Both the position numbers and the translations under genes were made by a program. Positions 18,589 through 27,033 of a DNA stretch of 32,000 nucleotides are shown one piece after another (the stretch's first letter is position 1; each line of letters opens with the position of its first letter). The stretch covers positions 2,550,001 through 2,582,000 of the forward strand of contig NC_006138.1 of the NCBI RefSeq assembly GCF_000025945.1, written 5' to 3'. The notes beneath the pieces are model-generated. The model did no database searches. It saw only the letters and a program-made list of their open reading frames with translations, and was not told the DNA's origin. This DNA is from Desulfotalea psychrophila LSv54 (GTDB lineage: Bacteria; Desulfobacterota; Desulfobulbia; Desulfobulbales; Desulfocapsaceae).

Positions 18589-19407
18589 ATGACAACAGAA
18601 AATATAGGTTTTATCGGTGGCGGGCAAATGGCCGAAGCACTTATCAAAGGCCTTACCCAATCGGGCTCCTATCCTGCAGAAAACATCTATGTACTTGATC
18701 CCTCTCCAGAAAGAAAAGATTTCTTAACAGCCACCTATAATATCAACACCATTGAGGACTGTGGGGCTGCCTTTGCCACCTGTCAAAAGATCTTTCTCGC
18801 CGTTAAACCTCAGGTAATGTCCCTCGTATTACAAAATTGCCAAGGAATTATCAACGAAGATCATCTGCTTATTACCATCGCCGCCGGCCTCCCCATCTCG
18901 TCCTATGTAAAGACATTGGCCCTGCCCAGACTTAAAATTATCCGGGTAATGCCCAATACCCCCGCCTTGGTTGGACAGAGTGCCTCCGCCCTTACGGCAA
19001 GCCCCTATGTAAGCCAGGAAGAACTCGATAAAGTACAAAATATTTTTAATCAAATTGGCACAACAACGGTGCTCGAAGAGTGTCATCTTGATGCAGTCAC
19101 CGGCCTCAGTGGCTCGGGGCCTGCCTATGTTTTTTCCTTTATAGAGGCCCTTATTGATGCCGGTGTTGCCGAGGGACTCAATCGACAGGTTTCGACCAAT
19201 CTTGCCCTGCAAACCGTTGCGGGTTCCGTTGAGCTTCTCCGCCAAAATGGAGAACATCCAGCGGTGGAACGCGCCCGCGTCTCCTCTCCTGGTGGGACAA
19301 CAATAGCAGCATCCAAAATATTAGAGAGATCAGGTTTTCAGGCAATTATCATGGATGCCGTCGCTGCTGCAACTGAAAAATCAAAAGAGCTTGGCAAGGG
19401 GAAGTGA
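18589..19407 (+). CDS. proC: Pyrroline-5-carboxylate reductase
   Basis: [17 protein letters not shown]...[18 protein letters not shown]...[26 protein letters not shown]...SPGGTTIAA. Confidence 0.97.
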
Positions 19408-20279
19408 TGAATGTTTCCCAATCTGCCTTTGTCACCAGGGAAAAAATAACGCTGAAATGTGTGGGCATTGTTACCAAACCAGATTCCCCCGAAGCCGCTC
19501 AGTTTAGTAAGCAACTCTCCTGTTGGCTACACGATAGAGACATTGCCACTGGGATTAATGACATTGAGGAGCATATGGATCTTATCATCGCCCTGGGTGG
19601 CGATGGTACTCTGCTCCATATAGCAGAACTTGCAACCAAATATTCCATACCTGTCTTGGGTGTTAATTTTGGCAGTCTCGGATTTTTGGCAGAGGTCAAC
19701 AAAGATGATACCTTTGAATCCATCGAAAAAATCATCGCAGAAGAGACCATCATTGAAAATCGGCAGATGATCCGAAGCCGTGTCCTCAGCAAAAACAGCT
19801 CCAGTGGCTATCGTTTTGCCCTCAATGAGGTGGTCATTACCAAAAATGCCTTGGACAGGCTTCTTCACCTGTCAACCAAGGTTAACGATCAGTTGCTGAC
19901 CGACTACCGGGCAGATGGTCTTATTTTTTCAACGCCAACGGGGTCAACCGCCTACAACCTCTCCGCGGGGGGACCACTGGTCTACCCGGGACTTGCCACA
20001 ATACTTGTAACCCCTATCTGCCCTTTCATGCTGAGTAGCAGACCGCTGATTCTGCCCGCTGAAAAACTGATCAAAACCAAGTTTAAGGCTAGGGATAATA
20101 AGGAAGCGGCACAGGTACTGGTTGACGGCCAAAGTTTGTGGAAGATGCATAACGGAGATGAGTTGGAAATTGAAACGGCCGGCCACGCCCTCAAACTTAT
20201 TGTCTCTGATAGTCACAACTATTTTTCTATCCTCCGCAATAAACTTCACTGGGGAGTTGAAGACAAGAGAGATAAATAA
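19407..20279 (+). CDS. nadK: NAD kinase
   Basis: [42 protein letters not shown]...[23 protein letters not shown]...[18 protein letters not shown] fits NadK (translation from sequence: [17 protein letters not shown]). Confidence 0.96.
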
Positions 20280-20296
20280 AACCGACAGGCATGACA

Positions 20297-20333
20297 TTTT
20301 CACAGACTCTTCATCCAGAAGAGCCTGTGAAAA
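20297..20333. terminator. Bidirectional intrinsic terminator between convergent nadK and the NtrC-family gene
   Basis: TTTTCACAG-a-CTCTTC-atcca-GAAGAG-c-CTGTGAAAA: a 15-bp stem interrupted by one mismatch. Confidence 0.8.
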
Positions 20334-20337
20334 TTCG

Positions 20338-21729
20338 CTATTTCTTCTTTTTTAAACCATATTTTTTCAGCTTATACTGCAATAAACTCTTGGTAATACC
20401 AAGCTGGGACGCGGCCCTTGCCTGCACCTGATTGGATTCATCCAAGGCCTTAATAAGCATTCTCTCCTCAACAGCATAGAGAACCTCGTTAAGCCCCACC
20501 GATTCCGGGATAAAATTGCTGAGATCCCCGCCTGGTTGCCAATGATCCTCCTTATTATAGACCGTCTCCGGCTGTACATCTTCCACCATAATATTGCCTG
20601 CATCACAGAGAATGGCGGCTCTCTCAATGGTATTCTCAAGCTCACGCACATTACCATCCCAAGGAAGCCTTAGAAGAAGTTTCATTGCCTCTTCGCCGAC
20701 CACGAGATTCTCCAACTGCAAAATTTTTCTATACTTTTCTATAAAAAAGGCCACTAAAAGGGGCAAATCGTCTAGGCGCTCCCGAAGAGGGGGCAGATTC
20801 AGGTGAATAACGTTCAGGCGATAAAAAAGGTCTTCCCGAAAATGACCGGCTGCTACCTCTTCCTTAAGATCTTTATTAGAGGCACTTATCACCCGCACAT
20901 CAACATGAAGGGTCTTTGCCCCACCCACCCTCTCAAAACTCTTTTCCTGCAAGATACGAAGCAACTTCGATTGCAGTTCTAGCGGGATCTCACTGATCTC
21001 ATCAAGAAAAATAGTTCCACCTGCAGCAAGCTCAAAACGCCCCTTACGCATGGATGCGGCTCCAGTAAAGGCACCTTTTTCATGGCCAAAGAGTTCACTT
21101 TCAAGCAGGTTTGCCGAAAGGGCAGCACAGTTCACGGCAATAAAGGCCTCATCCCGCCGGGGACTGGTGGAGTGAACGGCTTGAGCGACAAGCTCTTTAC
21201 CCGTACCGCTTTCTCCTGTTATAAGAACCGAGGCAGGAGTTGGGGCAACCTTACGGATAAGTTTGTACACTCTCTGCATACTGGGACTCTTACCAACAAT
21301 ACCACTAAAGCAATCCTCACTCTGCAGTTGATGACGTAATCTCTTATTTTCTCGGATAAGAGAGTAATGGCGGGCAGCCCTGTAAATATTCACCAAGAGC
21401 TCATCGTTGGCAAACGGTTTAGCCAGATAACCAAAAGCGCCTGCCTGCATAGCCTTAACTGCCTTTTCCACCTCGGCGTGGGCTGTCATGATGAGCACCG
21501 GCAAATCCGGATTAAGTTCTTTTATCTGCTCCAAAAGGGCCATACCGTCCATACCGTCCATCTGCATATCGGTAATAACCAGATCAAGGTCTACCTCACG
21601 GCATATATCAAGTCCTGCCTTACCACTTCCAGCAGTAAAAACCTCCAGATCTTCATCACGTAATAGTTCTGAGAGAACGATCAGATAATTAGGCTCATCG
21701 TCTACTACCAGTATAGAGTAGCTACACAT
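20338..21729 (-). CDS. Sigma-54-dependent response regulator, NtrC/AtoC type (receiver + AAA+ + Fis HTH)
   Basis: SILVVDDEPNYLIVLSELL...DLVITDMQMDGMDG...GESGTGKELVAQAVHSTS...FGHEKGAFTGA...C-terminal helix-turn-helix. The start was chosen at MCSYS; the ORF is open to 21774. Confidence 0.93.
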   Translation of the reverse strand: MCSYSILVVDDEPNYLIVLSELLRDEDLEVFTAGSGKAGLDICREVDLDLVITDMQMDGMDGMALLEQIKELNPDLPVLIMTAHAEVEKAVKAMQAGAFGYLAKPFANDELLVNIYRAARHYSLIRENKRLRHQLQSEDCFSGIVGKSPSMQRVYKLIRKVAPTPASVLITGESGTGKELVAQAVHSTSPRRDEAFIAVNCAALSANLLESELFGHEKGAFTGAASMRKGRFELAAGGTIFLDEISEIPLELQSKLLRILQEKSFERVGGAKTLHVDVRVISASNKDLKEEVAAGHFREDLFYRLNVIHLNLPPLRERLDDLPLLVAFFIEKYRKILQLENLVVGEEAMKLLLRLPWDGNVRELENTIERAAILCDAGNIMVEDVQPETVYNKEDHWQPGGDLSNFIPESVGLNEVLYAVEERMLIKALDESNQVQARAASQLGITKSLLQYKLKKYGLKKKK

Positions 21730-21757
21730 TATAATTCCCTGTTTGGATTGAATATTA

Positions 21758-22627
21758 TTATATTTTGTTCTCATCCTGCACAGGGGAGTACCGTTCCTTG
21801 CGCAAATAAAGCGTGGTCAGTAATTCTTCCGGGACACAAACATTTTTTCCTCCGGCAAGTTGAGTGCCAGCCCGAAAATTACCATGATAATCACTTCCAC
21901 CTGTGCAGATTAAATTATTCTCTCGGGCACAGCCTAAGAGCTGATCACGTCTTTTCCGAGAATGGGTGGGATAATAAGCCTCCACCCCGTCCACCCCCAG
22001 CTCACCGAGTTCGCCTATGACCTCGAAGAGATCTCTATCTCCCCTGTTCATATTAAAAGGATGAGCCAAGACCGTCACCCCTCCAGCCCTGTGTAAAACA
22101 TCAATTGCCCGTTGAATGGGAACTGTTTTACGGGGCACGTAGGCAGGCTTTCCAGGAGTCAGATAAAGGGCAAAGGCCTCCTTCATATTTTTCACCACAG
22201 CCTTGCGCACCAGTAATTTGGCAATATGAGGACGACCAAGCTGCCTGTTCTCCAAAAAGCATCTCTCCTCCTCAGCTGTTATCTTTACCCCCAAACTCAG
22301 CAGACTTTTTATAATAAGGCCATTTCTCGTCGCCCTACTTTCTTGTATTTCGGCAAGAAATGTCTGTAATTCAAAATTATTTTGATCAAAAAGATAACTC
22401 AAAAGATGAATATCCATACCATTATAGACAAGGCTCAACTCAACCCCTGAAAAAACGGTAAGGCCATACTGCTTCCCAGCACATAATGCTTCGGAAACAC
22501 TTAAGATATTATCATGATCTGTTATTGAGAGCGCATGAAGACCTTTACGTTTAGCAAGCTCTACCAGCTCAGTTGGGGTCATTGACCCATCAGAAAAACT
22601 TGAATGTACGTGCAGATCAATACTCAT
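21758..22627 (-). CDS. PHP-domain metal-dependent phosphoesterase (YciV/TrpH-like)
   Basis: MSIDLHVHSSFSDGSMTPTELVELAKRKGLHALSITDHDN...GVEAYYPTHS...GGSDYHG. Confidence 0.92.
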   Translation of the reverse strand: MSIDLHVHSSFSDGSMTPTELVELAKRKGLHALSITDHDNILSVSEALCAGKQYGLTVFSGVELSLVYNGMDIHLLSYLFDQNNFELQTFLAEIQESRATRNGLIIKSLLSLGVKITAEEERCFLENRQLGRPHIAKLLVRKAVVKNMKEAFALYLTPGKPAYVPRKTVPIQRAIDVLHRAGGVTVLAHPFNMNRGDRDLFEVIGELGELGVDGVEAYYPTHSRKRRDQLLGCARENNLICTGGSDYHGNFRAGTQLAGGKNVCVPEELLTTLYLRKERYSPVQDENKI

Positions 22628-22734
22628 ATTTAATATAGAAAATAAAATTTATAAAATGGCCCGTAAAAACTATGACCGCCTAAAAACCCACTAAGATTGA
22701 CTATACTGCATACTCGGCCTGCCGTGAATCTGAT

Positions 22735-22859
22735 TTTTTCCATAATAGAATTAAGCCAGCCGAAAAAGGCCTCAAAAAAGAGACCTTTTATCCTTGCAAG
22801 GTCTTTGCCTATAGGTATACTTACCTCATAGCTAACAATTTTGTTGAGCTGATTTTTTT
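22735..22859 (+). repeat. ~125-bp direct repeat copy A (promoter/leader-like)
   Basis: Aligns with 24209..24331 at roughly 80% by eye, including a shared TAACAATTTTGTTGAGCTGATTTTTTT block and TTTTTCCATA / AGAATTAAGCC / CCTTTTATCCTTGCA. Confidence 0.9.
22794..22821 (+). promoter_or_regulatory. Putative sigma-70-type promoter in repeat copy A
   Basis: TTGCAA - 16 nt - TATACT. Confidence 0.45.
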
Positions 22860-22889
22860 CCCCTTAACCCCCCTACGGCAGGAGATTTT

Positions 22890-23124
22890 ATGAAACAGTC
22901 TTATTTGACTTTTAGCTGTTTTTTTCAGTCTCGTATTAGGTTGTGCAGTTTTTTCCACCCTTACCTTCGCAGCCACTGACAGTGGCCCACAGATAAGAAC
23001 AGCAGACAAGCAAAAATTGGCAACAGGCAAGCTGGCCATTGACCAGATGCAGGGTGGTGCCGAGCAGATACAACAGGAGCAAAAAGAACAAAAAAAACTA
23101 ATACGAAATGCAAAAAAAAAGTAG
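22890..23124 (+). pseudogene. Decayed small lipoprotein gene, a paralogue of the downstream HHH lipoprotein's leader region
   Basis: ATG AAA CAG TCT TAT TTG... matches 23260 ATG AAA CAA TCT TAT CTG..., but one extra base in the TTTT/TTTTTTT-rich stretch shifts the frame. The other frame then reads VFFSLVLGCAVFSTLTFAATDSGPQIRTADKQKLATGKLAIDQMQGGAEQIQQEQKEQKKLIRNAKKK* and stops at 23124. Confidence 0.8.
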
Positions 23125-23259
23125 CAGGACAGAGAGATGTATCGCTGAAAAAATCCCCCTATCCTTTTTTTTGCTGAACTAGGTTTTTTTTATAACTACC
23201 CCTGTCCATTTTCGACCTCACCATTTTTTATACCCACATCCCTATACTAAGGAGATCTT

Positions 23260-23592
23260 ATGAAACAATCTTATCTGATGTTAGCCGTTTTCCTCAGTCT
23301 CGTCTTAGGCTGCACAGCATTTTCTACCCTCACCTTCGCAGCAAAAACGGACGGTGGGCAGCAGACAATGGTAGCAAACATGGACAAGGCCACAGTCATG
23401 CAGAAGGTTAATGTAAATACTGCCAACAAGACGGAACTGATAAGAGTACCTGGAATCGGTAACAAAACAGCAGACTCTATCCTTAAGTACCGTAACGATC
23501 ACGGCAAATTTACAACCATTACCCAGCTCACCGAGGTTAAAGGCATTGGTTCAAAGAGTTTGAAAAAAATGGAGAAATATCTCTCTCTTTAA
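23260..23592 (+). CDS. ComEA-like helix-hairpin-helix (HHH) protein with lipoprotein-type signal peptide
   Basis: MKQSYLMLAVFLSLVLGC lipobox, then VNVNTANKTELIRVPGIGNKTADSILKYRNDHGKFTTITQLTEVKGIGSKSLKKMEKYL (HHH). AAGGAG SD upstream. Confidence 0.88.
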   Translation: MKQSYLMLAVFLSLVLGCTAFSTLTFAAKTDGGQQTMVANMDKATVMQKVNVNTANKTELIRVPGIGNKTADSILKYRNDHGKFTTITQLTEVKGIGSKSLKKMEKYLSL

Positions 23593-23612
23593 AGGTCATT
23601 ACAAAATTGAAC

Positions 23613-23649
23613 CGCCCCGGAGCTGCCCATGCCCGAGGCGATTTTTTTT
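23613..23649 (+). terminator. Intrinsic terminator after the HHH lipoprotein gene
   Basis: CGCCCCGG...CCCGAGGCG hairpin followed by ATTTTTTTT. Confidence 0.75.
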
Positions 23650-23753
23650 GTCCCTGGCAAAAGAGAAAGATCGGTAATTTACCCTAAGCAGGTTATACTC
23701 CCCCGTATCGACTCCAAAAAAATTAAGATGAACAAGCTACGGGAAGGAGCAGA

Positions 23754-24059
23754 ATGATTAACAAGGCAAATCTTAAGTCTACCCTGCAAAAACGGATGGG
23801 CCAGTTAGAGGAGGGACAGCTCCTCGCCTTTCTCACCTTCAAAAGGGACAGAACCATTTATATCCTACGGCAGAATGGCAAAACATTTGCCCTCTACCAG
23901 GATGGATTTGAAAAAAAAAGCTATGAAGGACTTGAACCGGCAAAACTGTTAAAGATCTTTAAGACAGCCGCCAAAAAAGAATTCCCCAGAAGCAATAAGA
24001 TCCATATCTCCATCCTCTCCCAGGCCGCATTTCAAGAAAAGCTAAACCGTTTATCTTAA
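23754..24059 (+). CDS. Hypothetical protein
   Basis: 101-aa ORF (MINKANLKSTLQKRMGQLEEGQLLAFLTF...) preceded by a GGAAGGAG Shine-Dalgarno sequence. Confidence 0.7.
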   Translation: MINKANLKSTLQKRMGQLEEGQLLAFLTFKRDRTIYILRQNGKTFALYQDGFEKKSYEGLEPAKLLKIFKTAAKKEFPRSNKIHISILSQAAFQEKLNRLS

Positions 24060-24108
24060 AACCTTGTGCCCCTTTCACCTCAGAATCAACAAGTAGAGGA
24101 GACAAAGT

Positions 24109-24219
24109 ATGTCAGAGCCTGCCCTTTTGCAAAATTCGTTTGCAGATTATAAGCAGGATGGGATCTATTTTCTACTGTGTCTTGAGCAGGACATCGTCTA
24201 TATTATGCTTTTTCCATAG
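24109..24219 (+). other. Short ORF (36 aa) ending inside repeat copy B; possibly a truncated gene
   Basis: MSEPALLQNSFADYKQDGIYFLLCLEQDIVYIMLFP*, preceded by a GGAGAC-like SD. Its stop codon TAG lies in the repeat (tttttccaTAG). Confidence 0.4.
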
Positions 24220-24331
24220 CAGAATTAAGCCGACAAAAAAAGCTCTACAAAAAGAACCTTTTATCCTTGCACGTCTTTATCCTTAGGTATAATCAACGTA
24301 TAGTTAACAATTTTGTTGAGCTGATTTTTTT
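24209..24331 (+). repeat. ~125-bp direct repeat copy B (promoter/leader-like)
   Basis: See copy A. Contains TTGCAC - 15 nt - TATAAT and the identical TAACAATTTTGTTGAGCTGATTTTTTT block. Confidence 0.9.
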
Positions 24332-24395
24332 TATCGGGAAGATGGTTGTATCATCCTGCCAAACGTTGAAAACGTTAAAAATAAAGGTAGCGACT

Positions 24396-25925
24396 ATGTC
24401 CTATTCACCAACTTTAAGTTCCGGATTTACCTCTGCTAAAAATCGTAGTGTTTTTATATCTCCTCAATCAGGAATGTGCTCTTTTTGTACGGAAGACTGT
24501 GCCGGCACCTGTGAGTTAGCCTTGGCGGCGATACTAGGAGCACAAACAGTCTACCCTATGACAACTGGGAATAATCAAATAGCTTCGGAAAAAGATTATC
24601 CAATTGATTTTTCCCATTTTAACATCAATGGGCGGGTCTTCGGTGCTCAAGGCGTAGTTGAGAACTGCGAAGAGGCGACTATTTTCAATGTGAACCTTGA
24701 ACGCAGTTACGGAACATTTCACCCCGTTAAAATGTCAATGCCCGTCATACTTCCAGCCTTAATGAAACTCAACTGGCAGGACTATTTTGCCGGTGCTGCT
24801 ATGGCTGGTGTAACCTGTATAATTGGTGAGGATGCGAGAAATAATGATCCAAAGTTAAAGGTGACAAACGGCAAAATTGAGGAGTTTCCTCTTTTAGATA
24901 AAGCCCTTAATTGCTTTCGTCAATATTACAGAGGGTATGGTCAGATTGTTGTACAGTGCAATATAGAAGATAATCTTATGGGTGTACCCCAAATTGCTCT
25001 GCAAAAATACGGCGCGGAGGCGATAGAGATCAAATTCGGTCAAGCTGCAAAAGGCACCCAACCGGTTAAGCGGCTAAGGGATATTGAGACAGCAATTGCG
25101 AGACAAAAACTCGGTGATCTGGTCCATCCAGACCCCTCAGATCCCGCCATCCAAAAAGCATATCGTAACGGCGTTTGCCCTAATTTCAACACCTATGGCA
25201 GACTACCCCTATGGACAGAAGAATCTCTTATCGCTCATATCGCAAAATTACGGGATTGGGGCGCAAAAAATATCTACTTTAAAATGGCAGGATACGATAA
25301 GACCGATATAGAACGTGTCCTTCGAATTGCCTGTAAGGCAAAGGTCGATATGATAACCTTTGATGGGGCTGGAGGAGGTTCCGGGTATAGTCCGGCAAAG
25401 ATGATGAACGAATGGTCTCTACCAACGGTTTGCCTGGAAGATATAGTTGTTCGTATTTCTACTCAGCTTAAAGAAGAGGGGGAAACGCTACCTGCCCTTG
25501 TTATGACTGGTGGTTTTGCCAGTGAAGATCAAGTGTTTAAAGGACTGGCATACGGTGATGGTCATATGCTTGCCATTGGCCTATGCCGGGCAGCAATGGC
25601 CGCGGCCATGACTGGTAAAAATATTGGCGAGCAAATCAAAAGCGGCAATGTACCTGAAAGATTTAAAAAATATGGGTCAACGATTGAAGAAATATTTTGT
25701 GACCTTCCTGATTTACGCGCCCTCTATGGAACAAGGGCAAATGATTTTCCTTCAGGAGCCATAGGCGTCTTTTCTTACCTCAACAAAATAGCATTTGGCC
25801 TGCGCCACTTTGCTGCTCTGAATCGAAAATTTAATCTGCCTCTTTTAGACAAAAGTGATCTCATTCCTCTCACCGCAGAGGCAAAGGCTCTTATGGCAGA
25901 TAAGTGGTTTATGTCTCCTCGCTGA
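24396..25925 (+). CDS. FMN-binding glutamate synthase-domain protein (GltB central-domain-like), N-terminal Cys cluster
   Basis: FGQAAKGTQPV...KNIYFKMAGYDKTDIERVLRIACKAKVDMITFDGAGGGSGYSP...PALVMTGGFASEDQVFKGLAYGDGHMLAIGLCRAAMAAAM; N-terminal CSFCTEDCAGTC. ATG 24396 is preceded by AAAGGTAG; the ORF stays open upstream to 24267 (inside the repeat). Confidence 0.85.
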   Translation: MSYSPTLSSGFTSAKNRSVFISPQSGMCSFCTEDCAGTCELALAAILGAQTVYPMTTGNNQIASEKDYPIDFSHFNINGRVFGAQGVVENCEEATIFNVNLERSYGTFHPVKMSMPVILPALMKLNWQDYFAGAAMAGVTCIIGEDARNNDPKLKVTNGKIEEFPLLDKALNCFRQYYRGYGQIVVQCNIEDNLMGVPQIALQKYGAEAIEIKFGQAAKGTQPVKRLRDIETAIARQKLGDLVHPDPSDPAIQKAYRNGVCPNFNTYGRLPLWTEESLIAHIAKLRDWGAKNIYFKMAGYDKTDIERVLRIACKAKVDMITFDGAGGGSGYSPAKMMNEWSLPTVCLEDIVVRISTQLKEEGETLPALVMTGGFASEDQVFKGLAYGDGHMLAIGLCRAAMAAAMTGKNIGEQIKSGNVPERFKKYGSTIEEIFCDLPDLRALYGTRANDFPSGAIGVFSYLNKIAFGLRHFAALNRKFNLPLLDKSDLIPLTAEAKALMADKWFMSPR

Positions 25926-25936
25926 AAGATATGATC

Positions 25937-25974
25937 TGTAGAGGTGAGTGAAATTGAGATCACTCACCTCTACA
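25937..25974. terminator. Hairpin in the convergent gap between the glutamate-synthase-domain gene and map
   Basis: 14-bp perfect stem TGTAGAGGTGAGTG / CACTCACCTCTACA with a 10-nt loop. Confidence 0.6.
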
Positions 25975-26034
25975 AAGGATAAGGGGGAGGGAATAGCCCC
26001 CGTAAATTTATCAGGACTGCCTGCTAAGGACTTC

Positions 26035-26787
26035 TTAGGTGAGCACCTCATAGCCATCCGCTGTGACCAGAATTGTATGCTCATATTGAGCAGATAATTT
26101 TTTGTCACGGGTAACAACATTCCAACCATCTTTGCTTGTTCTTATTCCGGATGTACCTTGATTGATCATCGGCTCAATGGTGAAGGTCATCCCCTCTTCA
26201 AGAACCAGGCCTGTATCCGGGCTACCGTAGTGCAGTACTTGAGGCGCTTCATGCATCTCTTTGCCAATGCCATGACCACAGTAATCACGAACAACGCTAT
26301 AGCCGTAATTTTCGGCAAATGTCTGGATTGCATGGCCCACATCACCCAGCCGAGCCCCGGGTTTAACCATTTTGATACCCTCCCACATAGCCTGATAGGT
26401 GGTCTCAACCAGTTTTCGGGCCTGAGCTGAGGCCTCGGGCATAACATACATCCTACTGGAATCTGAAATAAAGCCGCTTTTCTCTAGGGTGATATCCAGG
26501 TTAACAATATCCTTTAACTTGAGCTTCTGCCTGGTACTTGGAACGCCATGACAGACAACCTCGTTTACCGAACTGTTGAGGACATATTTATAACCATACT
26601 GCCCCTTGCTTGCTGGCCGTGCCGCCAAATCGACAGTAATAAAATCTTCAACTCTATTGTTAATTTCCATGGTTGTTACACCCGGCTTAACAAATCCATC
26701 CAACATTTCAAAAACCTTTGCCAGTAACTGCCCTGCCTGCCTCATAAGCTCTATTTCAGCAGGAGACTTTATATAAACTTCTTTCAT
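26035..26787 (-). CDS. map: Methionine aminopeptidase type I
   Basis: IKSPAEIELMRQAGQLLA...NSSVNEVVCHGVPS...DIVNLDITLEKSGFISDSSRMY...YCGHGIGKEMHEAPQVLHYG...EGMTFTIEPMI...QYEHTILVT; metal-ligand positions are present. Confidence 0.95.
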   Translation of the reverse strand: MKEVYIKSPAEIELMRQAGQLLAKVFEMLDGFVKPGVTTMEINNRVEDFITVDLAARPASKGQYGYKYVLNSSVNEVVCHGVPSTRQKLKLKDIVNLDITLEKSGFISDSSRMYVMPEASAQARKLVETTYQAMWEGIKMVKPGARLGDVGHAIQTFAENYGYSVVRDYCGHGIGKEMHEAPQVLHYGSPDTGLVLEEGMTFTIEPMINQGTSGIRTSKDGWNVVTRDKKLSAQYEHTILVTADGYEVLT

Positions 26788-27033
26788 TACAACCTTCTAA
26801 CTATTTTAATATGAGCTCACAAATGAGCATTGGAGTTGAGCTACCCTCAGCCCCCCGCATCTAAAGCTGTCTCAAACCCTGGATGACATCCAGGCTAGGA
26901 ATGGCTATCCCCTTGTTATGAGAAAGATTGTTAGAGTATACATCCACCCTATCCTTTGTGCCACCCCTAAAGCTGTCAGGATGGGGCCTATTCCATCCAG
27001 AAACGCCACAAAAAGCGGGGTAAAGGTTAAGCC

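Noticed and set aside
22700-24350. Mobile element or defence island bounded by the direct repeats
   Set aside because: No transposase, integrase, inverted termini or defence domains were seen between the copies. The content is two small lipoprotein genes and hypothetical ORFs, so local duplication is enough to explain it.
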